The notes beneath the pieces are model-generated. The model did not search any database. It saw only the letters and a program-made list of their open reading frames with translations, and was not told where the DNA came from. From Histomonas meleagridis 2922-C6/04-290x (taxonomy: Eukaryota > Protista > Parabasalia): DNA of 64,000 nucleotides. The stretch covers positions 186,001 through 250,000 of the forward strand of contig JAANOX010000241.1 in NCBI GenBank assembly GCA_020184695.1, given 5' to 3'. Made by a program: the position numbers and the translations under genes. Positions 1-11,300 of this stretch are shown piece by piece; the first letter of the stretch is position 1, and every line of letters begins with the position of its first letter.

Positions 1-1769
1 TGTGATACATTTTCAACATCTCGCATGAAATCTTCAGCTTTAATAGTTAAGAAAGAACGATCATATCGAGCAAATGTAAGCGAAAGATTGAATTTTTCGA
101 TAAATTGGAATGGTTCACCTGGATTAATTTCAGTTTTAGTTGATTCTTTGTTTAATAATACAGTATCAATAATGGTGGACTTACCAACTCCTGGTTCCCC
201 AATGACTAAAATATAATAATGACTTGAGTCCGAATTTGATTTCTGGAATTTGGGAATTATTGATTTCATTGTTTTAAATAAAGACTTCTTTGACGTTTTA
301 TCAGAGTTTGCCTGTTCATCTTCTTTTTGTTGATAGACACTTGTGCTTGTTTGATATGCGTTTTGTTGTTGATATGTCCTTTGTGTTTGTGGTGGATATC
401 TTTCTTGCGTTTGTGGTGGATATCTTTCTTGTGTTTGTGGTGGATATCTTTCTTGCGTTTGTGGTGGATATCTTTCTTGTGTTTGTGGTGGATATCTTTC
501 TTGCGTTTGTGGTGGATATCTTTCTTGTGTTTGTGGTGGATATCTTTCTTGCGTTTGTGGTGGATATCTTTCTTGTGTTTGTGGTGGATATCTTTCTTGT
601 GTTTGTGGTGGATATCTTTCTTGTGTTTGTGGTGGATATCTTTCTTGCGTTTGTGGTGGATATCTTTCTTGTGTTTGTGGTGGATATCTTTCTTGCGTTT
701 GTGGTGGATATCTTTCTTGTGTTTGTGGTGGATATCTTTCTTGCGTTTGTGGTGGATATCTTTCTTGCGTTTGTGGTGGATATCTTTCTTGTGTTTGTCG
801 CTGATATGAATTTGATGTTTGGCTTTCTGTATTTTGCTGTTCATACCTTTGTTTCATTTGTTCAATTATGCTTCCTTTTCTTTCAACACGTGCTTGTGGC
901 GCTTGATTATTTTGTTCTTGTTGGAATTCTTCTTTTCTTTGAACAGGTGGACTTGGTGTTTTTCTTTGTGATTGCTGATAAGCAGCAGGTTGTGGTGGTT
1001 GATACACAGTTGGTCTTTGTTGTTGGTAAGCAGCTGGCTGTGGTGGTTGGTACACAGCTGGTCTTTTTTGTTGATAAGCAGCAGGTTGTGGTGGTTGATA
1101 TACAGGTGATTTTTGTTGTTGATATGCAGCAGGTTGTGGTGGTTGATAGTTACCACTACCTGGACGTGATGATGATGTATATTTTGGTGTGTTACTTTGT
1201 TCTTGTTGCTCGAACTTAAGTCTCAACTCCTCAATTTTAGTGCTTTTCCTTTGAGAAGATACATTAGTTACCGCACGTGGTCTTGCCTGAACATTATTGA
1301 CACTATTTGCTGAATTTATAATATTAATTATACTTTGGATGCTATTCTTGTTATTCATTGATTGAACTATGAACACTTGTTCTTCTTGACCAAATTCATT
1401 TAAAATTTGTTGTTGTAACTTTTCTTGGTTTCCGTCTAATTTCGTTATTACATATAGTACTCTCATCCTCTTCTTAAGTGCTTGTATCATTTGTGCATAT
1501 TTTGTTATGTCACATGAAGCTGTGACAACATAACAACATACTTCGCATTTAAGGTCCCTTGGTAAGCTTTCATAGTCACTTTCAAAGTGTGAAACATTAT
1601 TAGAACTATATGTTAAGAACACACGTGAGTTGTTTTCATCTTTATAAACTTCAAAGTCACATTCGTCTATAGGTTCTATTTCCGGGTTGCTTAACATACT
1701 GTCCAGGAATTGATTTATTTGGCGAGGAATAGGTCCGGTAATCAACACATTTTTAACAGCCTTTTTCAT
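1..1769 (-). CDS. Tandem P-loop GTPase-like protein (degenerate N-terminal G domain, Q/P/Y-rich repeat linker, second G domain). Partial, runs off the left edge, not in the ORF track.
   Basis: Manual translation from ATG at 1769 (MKKAVKNVLITGPIPRQ...) is stop-free for 589 codons to position 3. It includes YQPPQPAA repeats, 17 copies of YPPQTQER and a Walker A motif ILVIGEPGVGKSTII at about 170-215. Confidence 0.85.
   Translation of the reverse strand, partial: MKKAVKNVLITGPIPRQINQFLDSMLSNPEIEPIDECDFEVYKDENNSRVFLTYSSNNVSHFESDYESLPRDLKCEVCCYVVTASCDITKYAQMIQALKKRMRVLYVITKLDGNQEKLQQQILNEFGQEEQVFIVQSMNNKNSIQSIINIINSANSVNNVQARPRAVTNVSSQRKSTKIEELRLKFEQQEQSNTPKYTSSSRPGSGNYQPPQPAAYQQQKSPVYQPPQPAAYQQKRPAVYQPPQPAAYQQQRPTVYQPPQPAAYQQSQRKTPSPPVQRKEEFQQEQNNQAPQARVERKGSIIEQMKQRYEQQNTESQTSNSYQRQTQERYPPQTQERYPPQTQERYPPQTQERYPPQTQERYPPQTQERYPPQTQERYPPQTQERYPPQTQERYPPQTQERYPPQTQERYPPQTQERYPPQTQERYPPQTQERYPPQTQERYPPQTQERYPPQTQERYPPQTQRTYQQQNAYQTSTSVYQQKEDEQANSDKTSKKSLFKTMKSIIPKFQKSNSDSSHYYILVIGEPGVGKSTIIDTVLLNKESTKTEINPGEPFQFIEKFNLSLTFARYDRSFLTIKAEDFMRDVENVS
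385..792 (-). repeat. Coding minisatellite, 17 x 24 bp, encoding (YPPQTQER)n
   Basis: Unit GTTTGTGGTGGATATCTTTCTTG(C/T). The only variable base is the third position of the Thr codon (ACA/ACG) in the minus-strand frame, so it is silent there. Confidence 0.95.
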
Positions 1770-1864
1770 GTTTCTAAAGTGAGATGTGGCATTTATTTTT
1801 CGCAGTGAACCTCCAATTACTTATCAATTTTGATATTATTTTGCTTTTTCATTGTTTTTAATTA
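1770..1864. promoter_or_regulatory. Probable bidirectional promoter between two head-to-head GTPase genes
   Basis: Only 95 bp separate ATG 1769 (-) and ATG 1865 (+). An Inr-like TCATT lies just upstream of 1865. Confidence 0.55.
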
Positions 1865-3595
1865 ATGAATAACCAATATCATCTTTTGGTCGCTGGCCCA
1901 AAAAGTTCTGGGAAAGAGAAGATATTATCTTCTCTACTTGATATTCCCATTGAACAGTTTAATAATGCTCTTCCTTTCTTTGAAGTAAGCAAAAACAACA
2001 TTCCGGTAATATTCATCGATGCAAACCCTGGTTCAAAAGATGAACTTGAAAGGGAACTTGATTCTGAAAGGCTTAAACCTAATCTTTGTTGGTACATACT
2101 TCCTGGAGATATACAATCTATAAATCAAAAAGATAAAGAAATTATAGAATGCTTATATGATTACTTTGATACAATTGTATTTGTTATAACTAATGTAGAT
2201 AACATGGAATCAAGTGTATATAATAATTTGATCTCTGAAATCGTTGAAAATCCTTCAATAATAAAACTTCCACGTTTCGATGATAGATCAGTATTAACAG
2301 AAGAATCTGCTCTTTCCCAATTAATAGATAACACTTTCATTTATATTGAACCTGAATATCAATCAAACTGGCAAACACTTATTAATATGCGCAAGGCAAC
2401 AATTTATCATAATGTAGAAACAAAGCCTGAAACAATTGATTTCGATGGAATTACTCTTGCTGTTCAAGATCAAGAAATTGGTCATTTAAACATTGTTGTT
2501 GGAGGAATTTCAGGTGTAGGCAAAAGTACATTAATTAATGCGATTTATGGTGATGACATTTGTCCATCAGGTGTTGGAAAATCGGTATCAAAAGAAATCA
2601 TTCCTTATGATTTGCCAGGAAAGCCGATAACTATATTTGACACTCCTGGATTTGAACTTGGCGAATCAGATAATTTACAAAATTTACTTAATTTAATTAA
2701 AAGAAGAAGAAGTTCACCAAATCCATCTGACCATATACATATTTTATGGTATTGTATTAAAGAAACAAGTCATAGGAATCAAGCAATTGATATACATACA
2801 ATCAAAGAAGTTGCGAAACTTATTCCAGTATTTGTTGTATATACACTTGCAATTGATCCTTATGCAGCTGTCGAAAACCAAATGAAAGTAATCTTAAATG
2901 CTGCTACATATGATGACTTCTTAGAGTTAGAATATAGAAATGCAAGAAAAATTGAATTTAAAAAACTTACCAAATCAAACATTGCAATTCATCGTATAAT
3001 TTCCAAAGACTTTGAGTCTGCTGCTGGTGTAATACATGCAAGAGGATTAAAAGAGTTCATTAAGCTTCATGAATATTATCTTTATAAGGTTTCAAGTCAT
3101 ATATTAAATACATCACAAGTTAATGATATCGAAGCATATGCAAGTGCAGCTCATCAATTCCTTGGCCAATTTATTCTTAATTCAGGAATTCCAAAAAATG
3201 TTGTCATATATGAAGAGAGCCTGAATAAATTTGCGCCAATTATTACTGACTTATTAATCGGGATTTGTCGCGCTTTTAATCTTCCAATTGAAAAAGGCGA
3301 ACTTGCTGAATTAGCTTTAATTCTACCAAAAGAATCAGATATAAAAGAAGGAATTTTATCATTAGGATCAATTGTACTTGGCGTCGTGGGTAAAGTTATT
3401 CCTTTCCTTTCCGGTGTAACACCAACAATTGAATCTGTACTTCAGTCTCTTCTTCGTAGAAGTGGTAAAGATGCGTTGTTAACAATTGGAAACATATTTA
3501 TCGACGTTTTGACCGACTTATCGAATAGCAAAGTCCAACTTAGCATAACGAACATCTTAAGGGTTTACAAGGAAAGAATGGAAGAAGGTGCGTAA
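1865..3595 (+). CDS. Tandem GTPase-domain protein (degenerate G domain plus Era/MMR_HSR1-like G domain and helical C-terminus)
   Basis: 576-aa ORF. Domain 1 has LLVAGPKSSGK...FIDANPG. Domain 2 has NIVVGGISGVGKSTLINAIYG, IFDTPGFE and IHILWYCI. Confidence 0.85.
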   Translation: MNNQYHLLVAGPKSSGKEKILSSLLDIPIEQFNNALPFFEVSKNNIPVIFIDANPGSKDELERELDSERLKPNLCWYILPGDIQSINQKDKEIIECLYDYFDTIVFVITNVDNMESSVYNNLISEIVENPSIIKLPRFDDRSVLTEESALSQLIDNTFIYIEPEYQSNWQTLINMRKATIYHNVETKPETIDFDGITLAVQDQEIGHLNIVVGGISGVGKSTLINAIYGDDICPSGVGKSVSKEIIPYDLPGKPITIFDTPGFELGESDNLQNLLNLIKRRRSSPNPSDHIHILWYCIKETSHRNQAIDIHTIKEVAKLIPVFVVYTLAIDPYAAVENQMKVILNAATYDDFLELEYRNARKIEFKKLTKSNIAIHRIISKDFESAAGVIHARGLKEFIKLHEYYLYKVSSHILNTSQVNDIEAYASAAHQFLGQFILNSGIPKNVVIYEESLNKFAPIITDLLIGICRAFNLPIEKGELAELALILPKESDIKEGILSLGSIVLGVVGKVIPFLSGVTPTIESVLQSLLRRSGKDALLTIGNIFIDVLTDLSNSKVQLSITNILRVYKERMEEGA

Positions 3596-4374
3596 AACAT
3601 AACACTTGGATTCTAAAGGAATCTTAAAAAAAATGTTTTGTTGGTTTTTTATCATAACATATGTTAAAGTGCCTGTTTGAGCATTGTGTGGGTTTATGAT
3701 TTTAACAAAATATTTTAGTTAAAAATTTTTAACACGAAAGTAAAGTGTCGAAGTATAAATTAAGTGAGGGAATAACCAAAGCTTGCTTACGATGATATAA
3801 AGCATGAGTAAAAATAAATATAATTCATGCTTAAGGCTTTTGGCATTTGTGACGTATGTCTAAAAATAAAAATGCCGTTTTGACATGTTATATGAAAATA
3901 ACTGTGTATGAAACAGACTTAGTTAAAAATATCGATGTTTCAATGGAAATTCTTGATGTTTGTGTTCATGTTTAAATTTTAAATGAAATGTTTTGGAGAT
4001 ATTCTACTAAATTAATGGCACACACATGAGACAAGAATTAAGTCATCAAATTTTGTAAGTCTTTTTATGCTTTGAAAGCACAAAGAAAAAATAAACGTGC
4101 ATTCAAAAATGAAAAAAAAAAAATTGTTGAATCGAGTGATTTAAATTTCATTCAAGTGATATCTTTAAGTATTTACCTCTGCACGAAGTTAAATTTAAAA
4201 ATGAATGTTAATTAATGCTGCGTTAAAATATTTATGAAATAAATGTATATAGATAAATATTTAATAACTCAAAACATAATTTTATAAAAATTTATTTACA
4301 TTGTATTTCTGGTAATTTGTATTTTTCCGACTTGTTTCGACGTGATTCAACAAAACAATTAACTACTTAGTATT

Positions 4375-5548
4375 TTGATCCGAAGAATTGGAGTTAATGT
4401 ATTTTCATATTGCAGATCATTAGTAAATATTACAATTCCAAACAATGTAACAGAAATTGGAATTTCTGCTTTTGCATTTTGTTCCAAACTTCAAATGATA
4501 AAAGTTTCCAGCGAAAATGCAAATTATTCCAATTATAACGAGGATGGGATTTTATATAACAAAAACATCACTAAAATCATTTGTTATCCATGCGGGAAAA
4601 CAAACGAAACATATACATTCCCAACAAATGTCAGTGTAATTGGTGTTAATGCATTCTCTAATTGTATCTCATTAAGGAACATCGAAATTCCATGCAATAT
4701 AACATCAGTTGGAGATAATGCATTTGCATCATGCTGCAATCTCACATGTATTTTTTATTATGGCGAAACAGTACCAACGAATACATCGAATGTATTTGAT
4801 AATAATTTAATCAGAAGTGTCATGACAATCGATTTCTATAGGGGCCAAACATTCTGCGGTATAAATGTCAGTAAAGGAACAGTCATTGATGAATGTCTCC
4901 CACCAACGCAATCGTTCACACAATAGAACAAATACTCAAACACATTTACCAAGTCTAATACATTAACGAAATCAAATCCATATACCAAATCTAATAAACT
5001 AACGAAGTCATATGAAATTTCATTTGTTGTTTCAAATTCATTTACTTTTTCATATTCGAATGGTATAACATTAACGAATAACATTAACACAATCATTATC
5101 TATTACGCAAACAATACGTGTTTATAAATAGACGTATTCGAATTCATTTTCTGTTTCTATTTTTAATTCGGTATTAACTTACGTTTTGAGTGAATTTATT
5201 TATTACTAATATACTGTTGTTGTATATTCGACTTATTACATATACTATAGTAATTTCTTTACAATTATATATCAAAATGAAAATATTAAAGATGATAATA
5301 AAAACACAATAATACTTATAAGTGTATGCTTTGCAGTTGTCGTAATTGTAATAATTGCAATACTTATCATAGTTTTGGTGCGAATTCATAATAAAAAACA
5401 AATAAGTAATGAACAAGAAGCAAAAAGTTTCAAAGAAAATCAAAATGAAAAAGAAAATACATTTGCAATGGGAACATCAACGAATAATATTGATGATGAT
5501 CCATTTGCTGATGATTTCAAAGAAGAAAAATTCATTAATTATATTTAA
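4375..5548 (+). pseudogene. Disrupted BspA-like (TpLRR/LRR_5) surface protein, 5'-eroded, with in-frame stops and frameshifts
   Basis: LRR_5 repeats (ITIPNNVTEIGISAFAFCSKL). TAG at 4924-4926, then a TKSN stalk, a broken Ser/Thr/Tyr region, a TM helix and the tail DDDPFADDFKEEKFINYI* ending at 5548. Confidence 0.85.
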
Positions 5549-5781
5549 CATAAAAACATTTGCTTAATGCAGTAAAAATAATCGGTAAAACTTAAATTTA
5601 CCAGTTGAATAATATTTTTAGCATGAGATATGTTGTGTTTTTTTATTTAACTGCATAATATCACTGCTAATTTATTAGATATGGACATTAATAATATATC
5701 AAAATCAAAACTTCAACAAAATTTAAATTTAAAATTTACTAAAACGAATTTTCACTTTGAATAATTTCTTTATTAAAATCA

Positions 5782-6745
5782 TTAATTCAGTTTCCCTTCG
5801 AAGTAATTCCTTATCCAATTTGGGGGCATTTTCTCGTTTGGCTTCCCCTTCTCGTTGAGCAGGCCTGCCTTAATAATTCTCTTCTTCTCCTGCGCGACGG
5901 GCCCCTCGCCCCAACTTCAGATATATGCCTCTGTCCATGATGACCCGCTTAATCTTTGCAGCGAAACCATGGTCACCATTGTACATTTGCTCTGTCGTCA
6001 TTAATGCATTTCACTATGCGATTGCTTCTCCTTTAGTCGTTATGGTCACAGCAACTTCGTCAACTTCGATTCCGTTCTCAAATCGAAGTATACTAGGAAT
6101 CATAATTTTAGTGCCGTGACACACTGCGTCGACCGATGAGTCCTTCATTACGATTCGTTTGTATCGAGTTAACATCCATTCTGATGACTTAACGACTCAG
6201 CGAAGATACAATTCGTCGCCTTTGCTGTCTAAGAGCCAGGGCATCTAAGACATTGTACATTGTGTTCATGCCAGTGTTCTATGTGATGTGCCCTGTGCGC
6301 GTACGTCGTAGCTCTGCCATTTCACCACCAACTCTTAAGATCAATCCTAAATGTTCACATAAAACTCGAATGTATGTGCCTGCTTCAAAGGATACTTTGA
6401 GAATGGCTAAATTATTCTCTTGGTCAAATTCAATAACTTCATCTTTATATATATTTCACGAAGTTCTTTCTTGACAGCTGATATTAATGGTGGACATTTA
6501 TAAACACGGCCAGTAAAGAATTTCATAGCATTCTCAAGATCAAATAACTTGAGAACAGCAACATACTCTTTACCGGCATTTTGTTGGGCTTTAGCAATAC
6601 GAGTGGGACGCTCTAAACAGATGATAAGAACACCGGTAACTTTGGGATCAAGTGTGCCTGAATGTCCGGTCTTTTCAACTTGTAATATTTGTTTGACCCA
6701 GGAAACAATTTCATGGGATTATGGATTGGATTACTTGAGTCTACA
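5782..6745 (-). pseudogene. CBF5: Dyskerin/Cbf5 H/ACA pseudouridine synthase pseudogene, 5'-truncated. Not in the ORF track.
   Basis: Manual translation: [57 protein letters not shown]...[32 protein letters not shown]...[23 protein letters not shown]...[12 protein letters not shown]...DHGFAAKIKRVIMDR. At least six stops and several frameshifts. Confidence 0.92.
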
Positions 6746-6871
6746 CAGATTTTTATCTTTTTTTGTGTTCTATTTAATAATTACATCAATTGATTAATTC
6801 TTTATATAAAAACAAAAAATATAATTACTTCAAGTTTAAAATACAAATGTAATAATCCGCCACAACAATTT

Positions 6872-7879
6872 TTATTTTTTGTTTTCACTTTTTTTCCTTT
6901 TCTGTTTCAGCTTAGCCATTGCTTCGTTGTACTGTTCCTCTGCTGCCTTCAGTTCGTCGCTGACTTTCGCGCCCTCCTTCAACAACTCATTTTTCTTGCA
7001 TTGCATTTCATAAATTTCATTTATTCCGTCGTTCATTTGATACGTTGAAATATGTAAACTCGATTCGATCGCTGACTGAACAATTAAAATGTTATGTTCG
7101 CATTCGAGTAATTCATTTTCTTTTTCTTCACAGATTTGTCCGCATGCAATTGCTTCCTTTTCAAGATTACTCGCAATTTGCGTCTGTTTTTGTAATTCGT
7201 TTTCCGAATTAATAAGTTCGTTTTCATACTTCGATACAAGTGAAACAAGTTGTCCGATTAAAACAGATCGATCAAAATGAATGTCTGATATAAGTTTGAT
7301 TATGTCGCTCAAATTGACTTGTTCAAGGTTGACATATTGAAATAACGAAGAAGCGACTTTTCCTTGCTTGTTAAAAACATCTGTATAAAAATTAAAAAGT
7401 TGTTGAGAATCAATTGTGGAGTCAAATGGCCATGGACTCACGCGCTTGATGATATCGACATTAAGCGTGAGAAAAGATGGTTGCGTTGTGAAATCAAAAA
7501 AATTGTTAATGACATACTGCTCAATTGTTGTTAATGTATAACCATTGGTAAGGTCAAAAACAATGGCTCGAAGAATTTCTTTTTGGTTTTCTTTGGCAAT
7601 TATTTTCTTTTGTAGTATTTCAATTAGATCATTACATTGCCATAATAAAGATGCTTGCAGCATTCCAACAAGATTTGCTTTTTGAAGTATCCCTTCACCA
7701 TTTTTTATATATGATATCAATAAAGCAAAATTACTAGTTTTTAATTTTTCTTGAATGACTAATTCAGATGATTTATTTTCTTTTAGAATTTTGTCACACC
7801 TCAGTGAGAGTGCGCAAAACTTTTGTTTATTGACTGTAAAAAAATTTCCATTATGGGAAATCGATAAGTTCCCTTCCAT
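6872..7879 (-). CDS. BTB/POZ-like domain protein with C-terminal coiled coil
   Basis: 335-aa ORF. The N-terminus FTVNKQKFCALSLRCDKIL...LLWQCNDLIEIL resembles a BTB fold; the C-terminus is heptad-rich in E/K/Q. Confidence 0.6.
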   Translation of the reverse strand: MEGNLSISHNGNFFTVNKQKFCALSLRCDKILKENKSSELVIQEKLKTSNFALLISYIKNGEGILQKANLVGMLQASLLWQCNDLIEILQKKIIAKENQKEILRAIVFDLTNGYTLTTIEQYVINNFFDFTTQPSFLTLNVDIIKRVSPWPFDSTIDSQQLFNFYTDVFNKQGKVASSLFQYVNLEQVNLSDIIKLISDIHFDRSVLIGQLVSLVSKYENELINSENELQKQTQIASNLEKEAIACGQICEEKENELLECEHNILIVQSAIESSLHISTYQMNDGINEIYEMQCKKNELLKEGAKVSDELKAAEEQYNEAMAKLKQKRKKSENKK

Positions 7880-8335
7880 CTAGATGTCGGCCGTTTAAAT
7901 TCCAACTAATTTTATCACATTGTAATCAAATGTTTTGTGTTACATTACATTAAATGTCATTAAGCACCTCTAACGACAAGCTAATGTCAAAAAAATTTTC
8001 TCTTTAAAGTACAATATACATATGATTAATCATTTGTTTACAATTTCTAATTGCTAGAAAAATCTTAGGAATCATGTGTAAATCGTGTTAGAAAGTGTAT
8101 TTCTCTTACCTATAACCCAAAGTTACTTCATGCTCTAAATTTTTTCCGCAGTAATTTTTTGTAAATGAAAACCTAATTCAAAAATGCTTATGAAGAAACC
8201 TTTGCATTAGTGCGACACTTTCTGATATCATCAAAGACAATGAAACTTTCGACACTTCATTTGCTTATAAATTGATTTCTTCCATAGTTATTTACAAAGA
8301 ACATTTTATTTAGAATATCAAATATATAAACACTG

Positions 8336-11300
8336 TCACCAGTGCGGCGCCCATCCGAGTCCCATTTGCGCCAAGTTCATTTCGTCCGTCGCCTCTTTAA
8401 TTAGGTGATCAACTTGTTCCTCCGGCGTTAGTTCCATTTCGTTATTTTCGATTCCGTTTAACTTGTCGTTAACTCTTTTGTACCTTATGTTGAACTGTTT
8501 GTCCTCTCTCACAAATGTGTTCAAGAACGAAAGTAACGTCGACTTGTTCTTACGCAACAACGTCATCACGAATTGCGCAGTCATTTTAAAGATTCCCTCA
8601 ACGCCGCTAACGCCCAAACCTTTGATTAACATCGGCGTTAATCGGAATGGCACTTTTTCGGGCCAATGTTTTCGTTTCATCGACTTCTCGAAGCATTCGC
8701 CGAAGTCAATGTGAACAATTTTCCCGTTCCGCTTCATATATAATATGTTCTGGGGATTGCGCTCGCCAAGGCCAATGGTATATCCAACTATAGACATTAA
8801 TCCTAATGATCGAGCATAATTCGTTTTTTGACTAAACCAAATAACACTATTGGGAGACTTAAGCCAGATAATCTCACGCAGGGAATCAGAGGGATAGATT
8901 TGTTTCAGGGAGCGATAGATTTCTAAACTTTGAATATTGGTTCGGATCTTATTTGGAGTTGGTTGAAGATTATATTCTTCTAAAAGCTCTTTCTCTTCCT
9001 GCGGACAATCAGGATTGGTTATACGGATGTATCGATTGATAAGTTTGAATAATGTATCTCCACCTTCTGCCCATGCAATTAAACCTGAATGTTTACCTAA
9101 TGGTATAATTGGATAACTTTCTATTGATAAATCCATTTTAACTCCGTATTTGTTATCATGTAATAAAGAATTTGCTAATGTAAACCATTTCATTACTCGT
9201 TGATCTACTCGAAGATCTTCTTTACCTTTAAGTAGGTATTTATAAGTTTTACCATCACTACCTATAATTTGTATCTTTCTTGGTGATTTTATACTTTTAA
9301 TGATTTCAACAATATTGACAAATGAAGTAATTTTTGGAAAATCTTCGTTATTCATTTTATAAAATCCAGGAACAGCAATACTATAAGGTGAGGAATCAGT
9401 TAATTGTTGAACATTTTCATCGACATTAATTTCATTTATTTTTTCGAAACGTTGGTGAAGTTCATCCAAAATATTGATAAGTTTACTTCGAATATTTTCG
9501 ATTGAATTTGAATGTATTTGATTATCTATCGTTGCAAGTTTTTCAATGATTTCTTTGTCAAGAATTTGTGCATCAATTTTCATATGATTTTGGTTTAATA
9601 TTTTCATAATTTTATGAACTTCTTTTATAAAATCGTTTTCGTCTTTATATTTATTATTAATTAATCTCCCTATTTTATAAATTAAAAGTTCTGTATCTGT
9701 TAAAGATATTCTAATTAAACCATCTGAAATAACTTTTGTTTCTTCTATTAAATTTGGATAAGTTTTATGAATTTTATCATAAAAATCAATTAAATTTTTT
9801 GAGTTTTTCTGGATCTTAACCATAAATGAAAGCGGGAATAAAAGTGATTGAATATATTGATCTGCAAGTTTAGATAATATGGAATTAATACTATTTCGAA
9901 CTGTTTCTGATGGATTATCGAAATAAGTTAAAAGTTGTTGAACAATTTGTTCAATTGATTCAGGTGAAAGTTCTTCAAAGAATGTTGTAATAGTTGTTTC
10001 ATGATTAAAACATAAAGAACATAGTTGACATAAGTAATGTAAATTTGGTCCATTTAATTTAATTAGTTGAATAAAACCTTTAATTGCATTATTTGCATAT
10101 TGTATTTCTTTTGTAGAATTATATAGATTTAAATTCCCATAAGTCCAATGTTTCCAAGGCCGAATTTTATTTGGGTTACTTTTGATAATGTTTTGTAACA
10201 TATTTAATACTTCAGGATTAGAATTAGATAATCTTGTAGCATAAAAACAGACAGCGTTGGCATAAACCTCTGAATTTGATGTAGTTTTTATAACGTTTTC
10301 AATCTCAGTGAAGTCCTTTTTCTGTTCTCTATCAAAATTGACTTGTGCGATCAATAAACGTACTCTATCGTCATTCAAATTATTTCCGACTAAACGTTCA
10401 AAAGCGTTGTCATAAATTTCCCATTGTTTTTGTTTCCTTAAGTCATTTAAGAATTCTAAAGCTATAATTAAGTCATCATCAGGTTTAATTAGTTTCCTAA
10501 GACAAAAAAATATTTGTTGATCCAAAAAATCCGTTTGTTTCCATAAATTATTTTTTTCCCATTTTGAAACGATGAATTTTTTATCGATTAAACCTAATTT
10601 ACAATCGATTACATTAATTAATTCCTCGAAAATCGAAGCGTTAATTATTTGAGGCAAAGTTGGTTGATAATTACCAGTCAAAAAAGGAGCGAAATTAAAT
10701 GAATTAATTCTCATACCTTTTTCTATTAAACTTTTAGCCAAATTTAATTGATTTGAAGAAATTGCAAAAATTGTTCTCCATATTAATTCGAAAGTATTAT
10801 TATCCATTTGATCATTAATAAATTTTTGATAATCTTTATCATATAAATACGCACTAATAGCAAAGAAAAGTCCGCATTTCTTCTTATTTTCGGGTGATAA
10901 CTCATCGAATTTTATTGATAATTCTTCAATTGATTTCCAATCTTCGATCCTAAAAGAACAATAAATATATTCATATAAATCGGAATTACTTTTATCAGGC
11001 GAATAAAACTTCTTCGCTTGATTCCATAATGAAAGATCTTGTAATATTTTCGGGTTATTTTTAGCATTAGGTGTTACATAAAATATCCCTAAAGCTGATT
11101 CACGTTGTTGTAAACTTGAAAGTATTCGAATCATTTCATATTTAATAGTGTCATCATTATATGATAAACATTCTGCAAATCGTAAAGATCTAAATAAATG
11201 TCCAGAACGTTCAGCAACTCGACAACTTACTTCTAATTGAGGGAACAATTTATAACCAGCTCTATCCATTATTTCACACGTGTTACTAATTATAGTTAAT

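Noticed and set aside
385-792. 24-bp direct repeat array as a CRISPR, and the overlapping ORFs 266-844, 290-1219 and 327-809
   Set aside because: There are no spacers and the context is eukaryotic. The variable base is silent only in the YPPQTQER frame, which also continues into a Walker A motif, so the other frames are shadows.
3800-3832. 8-bp hairpin AAGCATGA/TCATGCTT
   Set aside because: A single short inverted repeat in AT-rich DNA is expected by chance, with no supporting context.
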